Assembly: GCF_018977255.1 (NCBI RefSeq)
Contig: NW_024704742.1
Span: 129,644,001-129,708,000 of the forward strand
DNA: 64,000 nt
From: Callorhinchus milii
Lineage: Eukaryota
Reading direction: 5' to 3'
The notes below the pieces were generated by a model. The model was not told where the DNA came from. It made no database searches and saw nothing but the letters and a program-made list of their open reading frames with translations. Position 1 is the stretch's first letter. The number at the start of each line of letters is the position of its first letter. Positions 13,724 through 26,759 of this stretch are shown here, in pieces. The translations under genes and the position numbers were made by a program.

Positions 13724-13909
13724 TTTCGGGCTGTGAAGATCCCGGCTGCGAAGGTGAAGATCTGTCAAGATATTCTGATCAGAAGAAGACGGAGACAACT
13801 CGCGGGTCTGCTTTAAGGCAGTTTAATCAGCTCAACACCAACAGGCGCACGGAAAGCCGAAAGTCCAGAGGGCGAGGACCCTTTATACCATTCATTGGGC
13901 TGACAGACA
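13724..13909 (+). CDS. tdgf1: EGF-CFC exon 3 (VSGCEDPGCE...GPFIPFIGLTD)
   Basis: AG/GT-bounded 186 nt open exon. It ends in PFIGLTD, resembling the PF(V/I)GLT segment that precedes the EGF motif in fish oep and Xenopus FRL-1. Confidence 0.88.
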
Positions 13910-16900
13910 GTGAGTAACACCAATAATAATAATAATCCTTGCATTTGATATAGTGCCTTATAGCATTGTCAATATGTCTCAAAAGTGTTTCACAGGATAT
14001 ACTGTAAAGTGGATTGACTGTATGTTTTGGGTGAAACAAGTGATATTAAATCTCAACAGTACCCCCTGGTGAATGGTCAGCGAGGAGCAGTGGCACAGTT
14101 GCAACAGTTTAAATCTTGTCCACAATTTTTTTAAAACAAAAGCTAATTCATGTGGAAAATTTGACTGTAATGATTATTGATTATGTAGTCCGAGCTGGAA
14201 GGTTGTGTTGTGTTATGAATGTGTGTGTGTGGAGTAGGGAGGGGGACAACTTTGAATATTTAGAGAGAAATTTGCAATATTTAAGTATAAACTTGACCCA
14301 GGTTTAGTTTCAGGTTTTTCTTCTCTTTTCACCCCCCTTCCTGTCCCTCCATCTCTCCCTCCCTCCTACCACCAATAGATCAATCTCTAGTGCTTTTTTA
14401 ATCCTTATACAAATAAACACTGGCTTTACTAAGCAAACCTACCACACTCTCTCAGTTTTATTACTTAACCCCTAAAGTGTTGCCATTCGCTTGTGAATGA
14501 ATGAACAAGGGAATCTTAAGCTAGAATAGAGGATGCTGATTGACTACTTATGAATAATTGTCACCTATACTTTCCAGCTGGTAAATAGAAAAGTTGTATT
14601 GAAAAGTGATTAATAATAATAATCCTTGGATTTTATCTAGTCATTGAGACATCTCAAAGAGCTTCACAAAATAGGACTGTATATTTTGTCGGTGAAATTG
14701 TGAACTTGTTATGAATAACAACTTGCTTTGAAGGTGAGGATCCTCACCTTCAAAGCCCTCCATGGTCTTGCTCCCCACTACCTCTGCAACCTCCTAACCC
14801 CCTACTATCATGCTCGCTCCCTCCACTCAGTGGGCTCCAGCCTGCTTCACGCCCCCGCATCACTCGCCCCACTATTGTAACTCCATCCCACAGTCCCTCC
14901 ACCTCGTCCCCTCCCTTGCCTCCTTCGAGACCCGTCTCAAGACAACTTGCATTTATAGTTCCATGTATGTACATAACCATCACTTCATTTCCCTGTGGTT
15001 TGAATGTGCACTCTCTCCCTGGAGGGATGCACCCTGCTTGCCTAATTACAGTATAAAGTGCAGATTGGTGAGAGCCAAGGCTTGGGGACCGCAGAGTATT
15101 CGCTAGAATACTGCTGGAATCTAACCAGCTAAAACTACATAGCTTACCATAGAGGACACTATCTGGCAAGCTTCCGATTGCTTGGCCAGCTAAAACCCCT
15201 GTACCCTACCCAGAAGAGTTTTGGCTTGCGTGATTATCAGGATCGAGTGAGAAGAACCCTGTCCACTAAGTTCTGGCAATAAGCTACGCGGATTGGTCAG
15301 CCATCAGCAGTGCCTTGGAGTACTGGCTTAGGAATCTAGACTACCTTGGATCATCAGGACCACCACAGAAGATTGACAATTCTGACAAACACGTCACATT
15401 GGAGCCAGCTCAGCCTCAAGGAGACCCCTCTAATCTCCCACCCTCCTGGAGAATAAGTGTTTTGATGAAAAAAACCTAGAAAATATAAATAATGAGTGGC
15501 ACATTATAATATAAAACAAAAAGTTGATATGGAAAGAATGATAATGAGAATAATCCTTACATTTGATACAGCGCCTTATCACATCTTCGAGATGTCGCAA
15601 AGCGTTTCGCAGAATATACTGTAAAGTAAATTGAAGGTATATTTTGTGGGAGAAAGAAAAATTAAGGTTGCTACACGATGGTTCATCACAAAGCTTATAT
15701 GTTGGAAATTCTATAATTTATCAGTTTAAAAAGGAGGGAAATATAATGCTATTGAAGCGCTCCAAGACACTACCCTGTGTGAAAGTCGCTATATATATGC
15801 AAATTGTTGCTGTTGGTCTTGTAATGAAGTTAGCCAGTACTTAAACTAAAATAGAATTTGATTTGTGGTGGTGTAAAGTTGTTTGGATCAGCTCTCTGAT
15901 ACTTGGCTAAATTGCTTCTTTCAGTTCACTAATAGTGTGTTAAAACCTCATCAGAAGAAGCAGGATGGATTTCACACTGTTTAAGTGAACCTACCATCTG
16001 GAGTTCAACTCTCCATCTGATGTCATTGGTTGTTAACATTTCAAAGCACCAGAATATTTGCCCCACCCAGATTATAGCAATAATAATTTTGATGTAGAGT
16101 CTTTCTTGTTGTGAGAATATCTCAAGCGTGCTACACAGGATATAATGTAAAGTGTGGTGACTGGGTATTTTGTAAGCCAATTTGCACCCAGTAATATCCC
16201 TCAAACAGCCATCCAGTGAATGGCCTATTTTATTTGAGGGATTGTTGGTCAGGACTCCTTTCACCTTTCGGTTAGTGTCATGGCATCTTCATCATCCACC
16301 TGAATAGGCAGATGGACCTCTGTTTAATAACAATAATAATAATTTTTGCATTTGATATAGCACCTTATCACATCATTGAGATGCCTCAAAGCGCTTCACA
16401 GAATATACTGTAAAATGAATTGACTGTATATTTTGTGGGCGAAATGCGGCAGACAATTGAACACAGCAGTGTCCCACACACAGTCGTGGATTGAGTAGTC
16501 AATTGTTACTATTTTTTTGAAGGGATTATTACCCCCCGGAAAAGCGATCTACCAAACGAATAACAACCGGATTCCTACTAACTGCAAGGTAAACAGAGGC
16601 ATGTGGAGGAAGGAAAACTGCCCAAGATTTCGCAATGCATGGGAATTGAACCCGGGTCCTCTCGCTTCTGAGGCAAATGCTCTAAACCAATATGCTACAG
16701 GGCTCCAGGATTCTTAATGCCTCATCTGAAGGACTGCAACTCCAATAATTCAGCGTACCCCCAACATTGCATTAGAGTGTCATCTTTCTAAAGCAATGTA
16801 AAACCGAGGAAACATCTGTCTGTTCAAGTGAATGTATCCAATGGCACTGTTCAAAAAGAGAAGGGAGTTTCTCCCAGTGTCATGGCCAACAATCCCTCAA

Positions 16901-18046
16901 AAAATAAAAAAAAGTTCATTCACTTTATGGTTGTTTATTATTAGTAGCATCTAGATTATTTGAGTTCAAAGTGCCAACGCTGGTGAACCCATAATCTTCT
17001 GACTCGGAGATGAAAGCGCTACCAACTGAGCCAGGCTGTCACCAATGGTTGGGAGAGACGATTTAATAAAGGTCTGACTGGGGTTCAACTGAGGCATACA
17101 GATCAGGAAGGACCTAAGGCTTCCTCCCCACTTCCCCCATTTCTATCTCTGCTGAGCTGGTTGATCTCAGCTGGGGTGATGGTTGGGAAGCTACAATTAA
17201 CCTTAATGCCCGTGTGTTAGTGAAGAGGAGAATGAGCTTGGATTTTCTCTCCTGCCCATGTGACTGTCTGAAAATTGCACACGTGTGGACTTTGGAGAAG
17301 GACAAGATAACATTTGACTGTGATATCCTCCTTATTTGCAAAGCCTGCTAACACACTCACATTTATGGGATCACACAACAGAATGGCTGCTGGATCGATC
17401 TTATGGACCAACACGGAAAGTCCTGTGATGGGAAAAAACTGCCCCATGAATTTAACAACAATAATAATAAGAATCCTTTTGTTTGGGAGGACAACCCAAT
17501 GCGCTTCACAGGATATACTGTAAGATGCAGTGACTATGTGTTTTGTGGGTAAACGCGGCAGCCAATTTGTCCACAGTAATGTCCTACAAACAGCCATGAA
17601 GTGAATGACCAATTTTTATTTAGGGGGATTATTGGCCAGGACACCAGGAGAGAGAAACTCTCTTCTCTTTTTGAATAGTGCCGTGGGATCTTTACCGTCC
17701 ACCTGAATTGGTTTAATGGGACCTGGGTTATGCATATCATCCAAAGGATAGATTTAGCAACAAGCCATGCCCATTTCCACAGATTCTTGTTTAAATAAAT
17801 ACCAATCCCGTAAATCTTTAATCTCTTCGATTCCTTGTCAGGGAAGATAGATGAGTTATATCTGGGCACATATTTATTCCACTTGAACATGACGTGTAAA
17901 TCAACTGTGAAATCTACTATCAGATGATCATATAAAAGTTCAGCTGAGGATATTGGTCCGCAGTCAGGGGAGGAAGGGAGAAAATTAGAGAAAATTATAT
18001 TTACAAGCAACTTCTGATTAATTTCTCATTTCCCTTCACCTCCCAG

Positions 18047-18161
18047 GTAGCAGACTCAACAGGAATTGTTGTCAGAATGGAGGCACTTGCATCCTTGGCA
18101 GTTTCTGTGTTTGTCCAAAACACTTCTCAGGGAGAAACTGTGAATATGATCAACACATCAG
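18047..18161 (+). CDS. tdgf1: EGF-CFC exon 4, variant EGF-like domain ([38 protein letters not shown])
   Basis: Diagnostic CCxNGGTCxLGSFCxCP...GRNCE pattern of the EGF-CFC family. Canonical cccag and gtgagt boundaries. Confidence 0.97.
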
Positions 18162-18839
18162 GTGAGTTGAACTGTGAATGGCAGGGTCACAGCGGGGTGG
18201 GAGGAGGATGTTGCTGATTAACAGTAGCAGTACCCCAACACACCCTCTGGAGTCCTCAAGACTTGGCTCTTGACAACTTCCTCCTAATAGTTTCCAGGGT
18301 GAGGTAAACAGAGTTTGTCCTTCAGGGAGAGATTGCACCCTCTATTCCGGACTAAGGGAAATCTCCCATGTATATGAGGAGCTCTCAGTCTGGTTTGGAT
18401 ATTCTTAAGCATTTCAATGAGTTTGCACATGTGTTAAGACACCCTGCTAGCTCAAAAAGTCTTAAAGCATTTCACAAGCATTTCACAAGTAATTGTTATT
18501 TGCAGTAGGAAATGTGTTTGTGAGCAAATATGGAGGCCAATTTGCATATAGCAATGTCCCACAAACAACCACGAAATAAATAACTAATTTTATTCGGGGG
18601 ATTGTAGGCCAGGACACTGGGAGAAACTATTCTCTTTTCAAATACAGTAGTGTCATGGAATCTCTGATGTCTACCTGAACAGGCAGATGGCACCTTGGTT
18701 TAAAGTCTCATTTGAAGGTGGAACCTTTGACAATGCAATATTCCCCCAGGACTGCACCTAATGGCCAGCCTGTGAGCTAAGAGTTACATGTTAGCAGTTG
18801 GTACTACATGGTCCTCGATCTTGCACTCTCTCCTAACAG

Positions 18840-18946
18840 GAACTGTGGCAGTATTCCCGAGGGAGCCTGGGTTCCCAAAGGTTGTACGTGGTGCAGGTGC
18901 GTCTATGGAATTCTTCACTGTATTGAAGGAAAGCAGGACGACTGTG
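18840..18946 (+). CDS. tdgf1: EGF-CFC exon 5, CFC domain (NCGSIPEGAWVPKGCTWCRCVYGILHCIEGKQDDC)
   Basis: Six-cysteine CFC pattern with the conserved Trp. Boundaries taacag and gtaagg, phase 2 to 1. Confidence 0.96.
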
Positions 18947-20007
18947 GTAAGGAATCATAGACTGGATTCTGGTTAAATTTCGTAACAAAGCAGATATTCA
19001 TTGATAAGCTCATTACACGATCACATTAATTTGATGAGTTTTTATTGCTACTAATGTGTTCCTCCTGGAAGAGAGTGCACATTACATTCCTATGCACAGG
19101 AATCCATGTATAGTTAAGGTGCAGGGAACACTCAGTTTGGTTTGGATACTCTTAACCTGGTGATTGGGTTTCCGCACGTCAGACACCTGATTGACCCCAA
19201 AAAAACTGTGCTGTAAATTTCTATGATTCTCTTGGGAAAGAGGAATTAATATGTAAGCAATAAAATTATTACATACATATTTTATTATTATTATATGTAT
19301 GTAAGGCTGTAATATGTATATGTAACATGTAAGGCTTATTGGGTCTAATCTTTCTGAAGAGATAAAGAAACTCCTTTACCCAAAGCTACCCAAAGGTTAA
19401 GGTTTGCATTTTTTATTCCAATAATGTGAAGCTAAGTTTTATTTCTTTTTAATGCCCCTAAAACTTATTGAAAGTTAGTGAAATCCAAATGGGCCATGAC
19501 AAATGCTGGTCATCCAGTCTGAGGAGCTCCTGTCGGGTCTGGATACTCTGAAGCATAGCGTTAGGTTTCCACGTGTGTCATAACTAAAAATATTGTGGTG
19601 AAACATATGATAAACATTTGCTGTATCAATCACCTTGCTGAGTTGCCTCAAAGCGCTTCATACAATATACTGTAAAGTGAATTGACTGGATATTTTGTGG
19701 ACAAAACGCAGCAACCAATTGTACACAGCAATTACAAAAAAAGCAGTCATGGATTTTGTGACAAAATTATTTATTTATTTTTGGAGGGATTATTACCCCC
19801 AGAAAGCGATCCGCGAATCAACTACCAATCGGGTTCCTACTGACTGCTTGGTAATAGAGGCGTGTGGAGTAAGGAAACCTGCTTAAGGTTTCGCCCCGCC
19901 GGGGAATCGAACCCAATTCTTCTCGCTTGCAAGACAAGCGCTCTAACTAATATACTACAGGACTTCACAATAGCTTTGTTGAACAATTCCTTTCTTTTCC
20001 GATTCAG

Positions 20008-20129
20008 ATCCTGATTCACAAGAAGATCTCCAATATTACCAGTTGGTTTCTCACGGTTCCCAGCTGCTCTCAGCGAGATTCTTGCTGCTGCCTGTTCCGT
20101 TCCTTGCTGCTGCCTTCTTTGGTTTATGA
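20008..20129 (+). CDS. tdgf1: EGF-CFC exon 6, C-terminal GPI-anchor signal (DPDSQEDLQYYQLVSHGSQLLSARFLLLPVPFLAAAFFGL*)
   Basis: Polypyrimidine tract plus cag acceptor and a hydrophobic C-terminus ending at TGA 20127-20129. Total CDS is 603 nt (200 aa). Confidence 0.9.
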
Positions 20130-21696
20130 CCTTAAGCCGCACGCCCTTCACAAGGTGGAAAGTTACTGTGGCATCAGCTGGTTCTGTTGCACAAAACATT
20201 GAAATACTGGGCTTCATTGTGGAAAAGAGATTATCTCCTGACACCATGGGCAAGAGGATACTCAGGCCATCAAAATTAGGCAACATTGTCCTCTTTTGTC
20301 CCCTTCACTGTGAATTATTGTGGTTGTGCATCATTATTATTGGGTCTGTCGTCCTAGAAATGTGCTAGCAATTTCCCTGTCCTCTTACTGACCATCTCTG
20401 TGTGTGGGGGGGGAGGTGGGGGTTGGGCATCAGGAGTTTTGTAACTTCCCTTGTTGAACCAGGGAATTACATACAAGCCGATTGGAACATGCTGCAGTCT
20501 GACCTTGCCAAGAAGGTCTTAGATCTTAGCTCTTCTGTTGTTTGAGTTTCATTGTATTGGTATGTGACTTGTAATATTGCTGGATACTGTATCTCTATAA
20601 TAGTCTTTAAAATTTTATTTAAGATGTAAATAGTTCACTATGATACTATTCATTAATTATAATATTATTTATGAGAGTTTTGATCATTCTGTATCTGATT
20701 TAGTTGTCTTTTATGGAGTAAAATCTTTGTTATGTTTATTTATTTCCCCCAATTCTACACCCAAAGCTTCTCCTGGCCAAGAATAGGAGAGAATGCTTTA
20801 TTCTTAGAAGGAATAAGGTAGATTAACTCATGCTACATGTTGCTTGGGTATTGTAAGAGTAAGTATTCCATTTGGTGTCTTGGAAATTGCCTGCAAATTA
20901 TACAGTTACCACACAATCCAGAAAAATCCTGAGAGATATCTGACAAACGCAGTGAATTTTTGTGGTAGATATATATATCCACATAAGCCATTTTGCATTT
21001 TAAAAATTGATCAAAGGATGCATGAGATTGTTGTTGCGGATGGAGAATACAATGGAGCTGATTTGGTGTTGAATCCATCAGTCAGCTTGTTATATATTAT
21101 ACGGGCACCCATTCAAAGCAATGAAATCAACTGTACATTGGACATTATGCTTTATGTAATTCACTTGATAAGAGTGATCATATTCTGGCGAGTTTCAGAG
21201 CCTCATACTTTGATATTATGTGGTAAAATTAATAATTGGCTTTCAGTATGAAATCAAAAAACTTGTGATAACAGTGAAGTATGATTGCTCTGAACTGACT
21301 TTATTTTAGTTCTGGATCATAATAATAATCCTTGCATTTGATATAGTGCTTTACCTTGTTGTTGAGATGCCTCAAAGCACTTCTCAGAATATACTGTAAA
21401 GTGAATTGAGTATATATTTTGTGGGCGAAATGCGGCAGCCAATTGCGCACAGGAGTATCCCGCAAACAGTTGTGGATTGAATGACAGAATTTTTTTTTTT
21501 TTGGAGGGATTATTGCCCCTGGAAAGGGATCCTCCATTCGACTAACAACGGGGTTCTTAGTTACTGCTGGGTAAACAGAGGCACGTGGAGTAAGGAAACC
21601 TGCCTATAATTATGTCCGATCCAAAGTTCTGAAAACTCTCAGGTTGATGAACTCTCTGAAATACACCATTAAATGGGTTTAGAATGAGATGAAGGG

Positions 21697-22435
21697 GTGG
21701 GTGGAATCTGGAAGCAGCAACAAGAAAGACCATTGAGTTTAAAGGAATGTGAATTTATGTTTGAATAAGTGATAATTATTCCAAACCATCTTAGAATAAA
21801 CATAGGTTAGGAAACCCCCAGTGTATTAAAAAAAATCATACATGAGACATAATGCCCTGAAATTACTTTATTTTGTTCTGGAGCATCCAAAGTTCTGACA
21901 AATCTCAGATCGATGAATTCACTTAAATCCGCCAATAATTGGGGTTAAAACGAAGTGAAGGGATGTATGAAGACATGCTGTCTGCTTAAGGAGAGTGGTT
22001 TAATTGGTTTGTTCAGATGATCGGGTTGCGTTACGTTTGATTGTAAAATGTAAATCCTTCAATTCCTTAAGCTTCTCATCGGATGCTGTGAATCTTTTAT
22101 AGAGAAGACCAAGGTCTCTTTAAGGAGGATAAAGACAGTGGGGTGTAAGTTATCTTCTCCAAAGGGACAATTTGTAGCTCAAACCTGCTTGAAAGAGGAC
22201 ATTTCCTGCTGCTTCCTCATAATCAGTGAGGGAGGAATTAGAAGAGGAGAGTCCTGTCAGAACAAGGCTCCGGGTGTCTTGAGAGGCACTCGAGTGTATC
22301 AGTGAAAGCACAAGCCTTTTGAAAGCAGGAGTTTGATCCAGTCTCCAGTGAGTAAAGGCTTTAAAATATCACAGGGAGGAGAACAGCAGTGGAGAGTCTG
22401 TTATGGGCTTCACAAGTGAAGGTTTAACTTTGTTC
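21697..22435 (-). repeat. Inverted-duplication block B, right copy
   Basis: Reverse complement of 6507-7142 plus 7743-7856. Confidence 0.92.
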
Positions 22436-23080
22436 AAATCTAGGCTTAGTGGAAGCCAGTGTTTGTCTTATTCAGTCTTTAAATTACCTAAATCTTCAGA
22501 CAATTGCTTCATTTACTATACAAAAAGGACGTTTGATTCAGGTAAACCAGTTCCATGAAGTAAATGTTTTTTGGGGGCTATCCATTGGCGATCACTGCAA
22601 ACAATAAACTGTTCCCCATGTTTCCATGAGTTTAATATTATTATGGGATGATTGGCAGTGTTAGTGATCAGTGATTCATAGACAGCTTTGAGAAATATAG
22701 AGAGAGGAGGCAAAAACAGGCGGGAATCATAGAATCATAATTTCAGACCATCATGGCAGAGCTGCGGACCATAACACTTGAATCTTTTCCCCCTTTATTC
22801 CCCTAACTGCTAGTAGCTAGTGGATGTTAATAGATCCCATGGCACTATTTAAAAGGAGAAGGGAATTTCTCTTGATGCCTTGGTCAACAATCCCCCAAAT
22901 AAAATTGATCATTCATTTCATGCTGTTTGTGGGAATACTGTGCACAGATTGGCTGCTGAGATCACCTGCAAAAGACACAGTCACTATACTTTACAGTAAA
23001 TCCTGTGAAGCACTTCCAGTGAGATGTCCTGGCGATGTGAAAAATGATACATCAATTACGAGGATTATTACTTTTTTATA

Positions 23081-23594
23081 GGAGCTCAGTAACTTTGCAT
23101 CTGTTGCTCCTTCATGCTCAAACCTCCTGGTCTGGGGGTTGGGGTGAGAGGATGGAAGGTGCCAATCTAAGTGTGAGAAACATTTATCATTTACTTCAGA
23201 ACTCCTTGGGGAGTCAGTTCCTCATCTTCCAGAGGCAACTTCACAGAAACACAAATGGCTGATGTGTGGCACCCACTCACCAAATTCAGCGTCTTAACAC
23301 TTTCCTGTCCATAAAGTAGCTCTGTCACTGAATTATCTTTGTTTGAGAGACTCGCCCACTGCGCTGTGGTACATTCAATGGTCATTTAAAAATATCCCAG
23401 AGGAAAGGCTCTTGTGGTGCTTGTTAAGTGTCTGTTAATCCCTTGTTGGTTTTGCAGTATTTGGATTTTCTGCCTTCCTACTGTTGAAGGGGACAGAGGA
23501 GAGTTACTTATTTACTTCACACTGCTTTACTGCCTGTCACAATCAGAATCAAATCACAATGTAAATCCTTAGGGAGAGCATAAATCCCACTCCA
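23081..23594 (-). repeat. Inverted-duplication block A, right copy
   Basis: Reverse complement of 2133-2649. Confidence 0.95.
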
Positions 23595-26044
23595 TTAACA
23601 GGCAAAGAGCTGCCATGCTGACCTTTGTATGCAAAGTGCACTGACTCCCCTTGCTGGCCTTGCTGGGAACAGCTCAGCTGAATTCTGTATCAATACTGAT
23701 CTGAACAATAATAATAATAATCCTTGGATTTGATATAGCGTCTTATCACTTCATTGAGGCATCTCAAAGCGCTTCACAGAATGTATTGTAAAGTGAATTG
23801 ACTGTATATTTTGTAGGCGAAATGCGGCAGCAGTGTTCCACAAACACCCATGGAGTGAGTGACCAAATTATTATTATTTTTCTTTGAAGGGATTATTACG
23901 CAAGAAAGCGATTTGCCAATTCTTGCTCGGTAAACAGAGGTGTGTGGAGCAAGGAACCCTGCCCAAGGTTTTCACCTGCCTGGGAATTGAACCTATGTCC
24001 TCTTGCTTGCGAGATGAGAGCTCTAAACAATACACTACAGGACTTGAATCATTACTGACTCTCCCCTGAACGTTTATACAACCAGCTTGCTTTACTCAGT
24101 GGTTGCGTGTAAATAAATGCGTTGGCTGACTTCCCACTATCCATACCCTGACACTTCACTGGACGGTGTGCAGATATGTTGACTGATTCCTTGCTGGCTG
24201 TGAGGGTAGGGTTGAGCTGTTTCCTCATTTGTCACGTACGACAGGAGTTTTATCTGCTGTGTTGCTGGTTGTGCGTAAACCATGATTACTGGATCTCCGT
24301 AAACTTGTTGCCATGTTAAGGCATTAGCTGACTTGCTGAGTGTTCCCAGTGACTTCTATTTTTGTTTCACTTTACAGTATATTCTGTTTGAAGATGCTTT
24401 GAGATGTCTTAAAAACATGATAAGGCGCTAAATCAAATGCAAAGATTATTATTATAAAATGTCCAGGGTTGCTGAATGTAACTGAAGTGGAATTATGATT
24501 CTTGCATTTGATGTAGCGCTTTATCACGTTGTTGAAATGTCTGAAGCACTTCACAGGAATTTACTGTAAAGTGCAGTGACTGTGTATTTGGAGGCAAATA
24601 CGGTAGCTAATTTCTGCACAGCACTGTTGTGACCAATGAATGACCATTGTTTCATCTACAACTTTTGATACTCAGATACTATCAGCATGATTCAATAAAT
24701 CAGTCACTATTTTGTGCAAACTTATGAATACTAATATGTATCACATTTCATCCTGTTGTTTGATTGAATTTCCAGTCATGCGTCTGCCAATTTGGTGTCA
24801 ATTATAGGTCGTGTTGAACTCAGAATGAATAACTGGATTGTCTGGTGATAAAGACTATCAGTAAATACTATAAATAGATTTTAACTACACAAAGAGCAGT
24901 AATCTAATCTTTATGTTCAGATGACGTCATAAATCACCAGCGGTTTGTAATCAAACCCTGTGTCTTAATTACAAATAAAGATGAAACAGGGTGAAAATTG
25001 TTATGATTCTTAGCTGATTTGATGTGTTTTGGGAGAGAATTCCATAGAGTGGGAGATAGTGGTTGAAATCTCAACCATCAATGTGGCGTGAAGAGTGAAC
25101 AGTAGACTTGAGAAGAGGATATGGCCAGAGGTAGGGGAGAGGAAGACAGTGGAGGGTGAAATACAGGCGTATGGAGTAAGGAAATTTGCCTAAGGGCAGC
25201 AAAATACACAGTCATTACACTTTAGCCGAGCCTTCGGATCCTACGTTCCAACCTCTGAAACTCCCTCCCTCCACCGCTCCGTTTCGCATCCACCCCCCAC
25301 CGCAACCATTGCCTTCCCCCCTTCCTTGCTCAGTGCCTAAAACCCTGTTCTTGTTAAGCCCTCTGAGTCATCACTCTGTACTCTATAGGAAATTGTACAA
25401 TTCAAGTGGCTGTTGTGTATTTTGTCGAGGAACATACTTTATATAAACAAAATGCATGACAAACGCAGGACATTATCCTACATTAGGGTTCCCCCAAATT
25501 GAACGAAAATTTCAGTTTTGTTAATCTCGGACCAGTCTAGTGGAACCACGAGGTGGCAGTATTGTGCATTTAGTAGCAGTGTCCCACAAACAGTCGTGGA
25601 TTGAAGTGACCAAATTTTTATTGTTTTTTTTTCTTGAGGGATTATTATCAGGCGTGTGGAGCAAGGAAACTTGCCCACGGTTTCAACCTGCCGGGAATCG
25701 GACCCAGGTCTCTCGCGTGTGAGGCGAGCGCTCTAACCACGAACCATGTTGTTGTTGTTGTTCTTGCTGTATTTACCTAGCGGTCAATTGGCGGATCTGG
25801 GGGTAATAATCCCTTTAAAAAAATAATAATTGGGTCACTTCAATCCACGACTGTTTGTGGGACATTGCTGTGCGCAATTGGCTGCCGCGTTTCGCCCACA
25901 AATATACAGTCAATTCACTTTACAGTCTATTCTGTGTAGCGCTTTCAGACGTCTCGGTGAGACGTTGAGGAGATATGTCAAATGCCAGGATTATTATTAT
26001 TATTATTATCAAGTCAACCTCTCGCTCAAATCTTGCTCTGGTAG

Positions 26045-26725
26045 TCACTCAGGCTCCGCCCATTCAGTCAGTCTCAGGCTCCGCCCCCCATCAGTCACTG
26101 ACTGAGGCTCCACCCCCTGACAGCCACTGTCTGAGGCTCCGCCCCCCATCAGTCACTGACTGAGGCTCCACTCCCTGACAGCCACTGTCTGAGGCTCCGC
26201 CCCCCATCAGTCACTGACTGAGGCTCCACCCCCTGACAGCCGCTGTCTGAGGCTCCGCCCCCCGTCAGTCACTGACTGAGGCTCCACCCCCTGACAGCCG
26301 CTGTCTGAGGCTCCGCCCCCCATCAGTCACTGACTGAGGCTCCACCCCTTGACAGCCGCTGTGTGAGGCTCCACCCCCTGACAGCCATTGTGTGAGGCTC
26401 CAACCCCTGACAGCCCATTGTGTGAGGCTCCACCCCCTGACAGCCACTGTATGAGGCTCCACCCCTTGACAGCTGCTGCGTCAGACTCCACCCCCTGACA
26501 GCCATTGTGTGAGGCTCCACCCCCTGACAGCCGCTATGTGAGGCTCCACCACTTGACAGCCGCTGCGTCAGACTCCACCCCCTGACACCCGCTGTGTGAG
26601 GCTCCACCCCTTGACAGCCGCTGTGTGAGGCTCCACCCCCTGACAGCCACTGGGTGAGGCTCCACCCACTGATAGCACTCAGGTTCCTCCCCATGTCAAT
26701 CCCTCAGGTTCTACCCCCTGTCAGT
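26045..26725. repeat. GC-rich minisatellite (~29 bp unit GAGGCTCCACCCCCTGACAGCCGCTGTGT, with a ~61 bp higher-order unit in the 5' part)
   Basis: About 20 visible tandem copies of gaggctcc(a/g)cccc. Confidence 0.93.
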
Positions 26726-26759
26726 CACTGTCACAGGCCCCACCCCCCTGAGGGAGGAG

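Noticed and set aside
19837..20286. 149 aa minus-strand ORF
   Set aside because: It is the antisense shadow of EGF-CFC exon 6 and its UTR, running into a SINE. No recognisable protein.
20844..21251. 135 aa plus-strand ORF after the EGF-CFC gene
   Set aside because: It has a non-ATG start, no recognisable motifs and no convincing splice context.
23191..23385. 64 aa ORF inside inverted block A'
   Set aside because: The mirror copy has ACG in place of the ATG, and there is no recognisable homology. Coding status is unsupported.
26045..26725. Regularly spaced ~29 bp repeats resembling a CRISPR array
   Set aside because: There are no unique spacers or cas genes, and the context is a vertebrate genome. 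It is a minisatellite.
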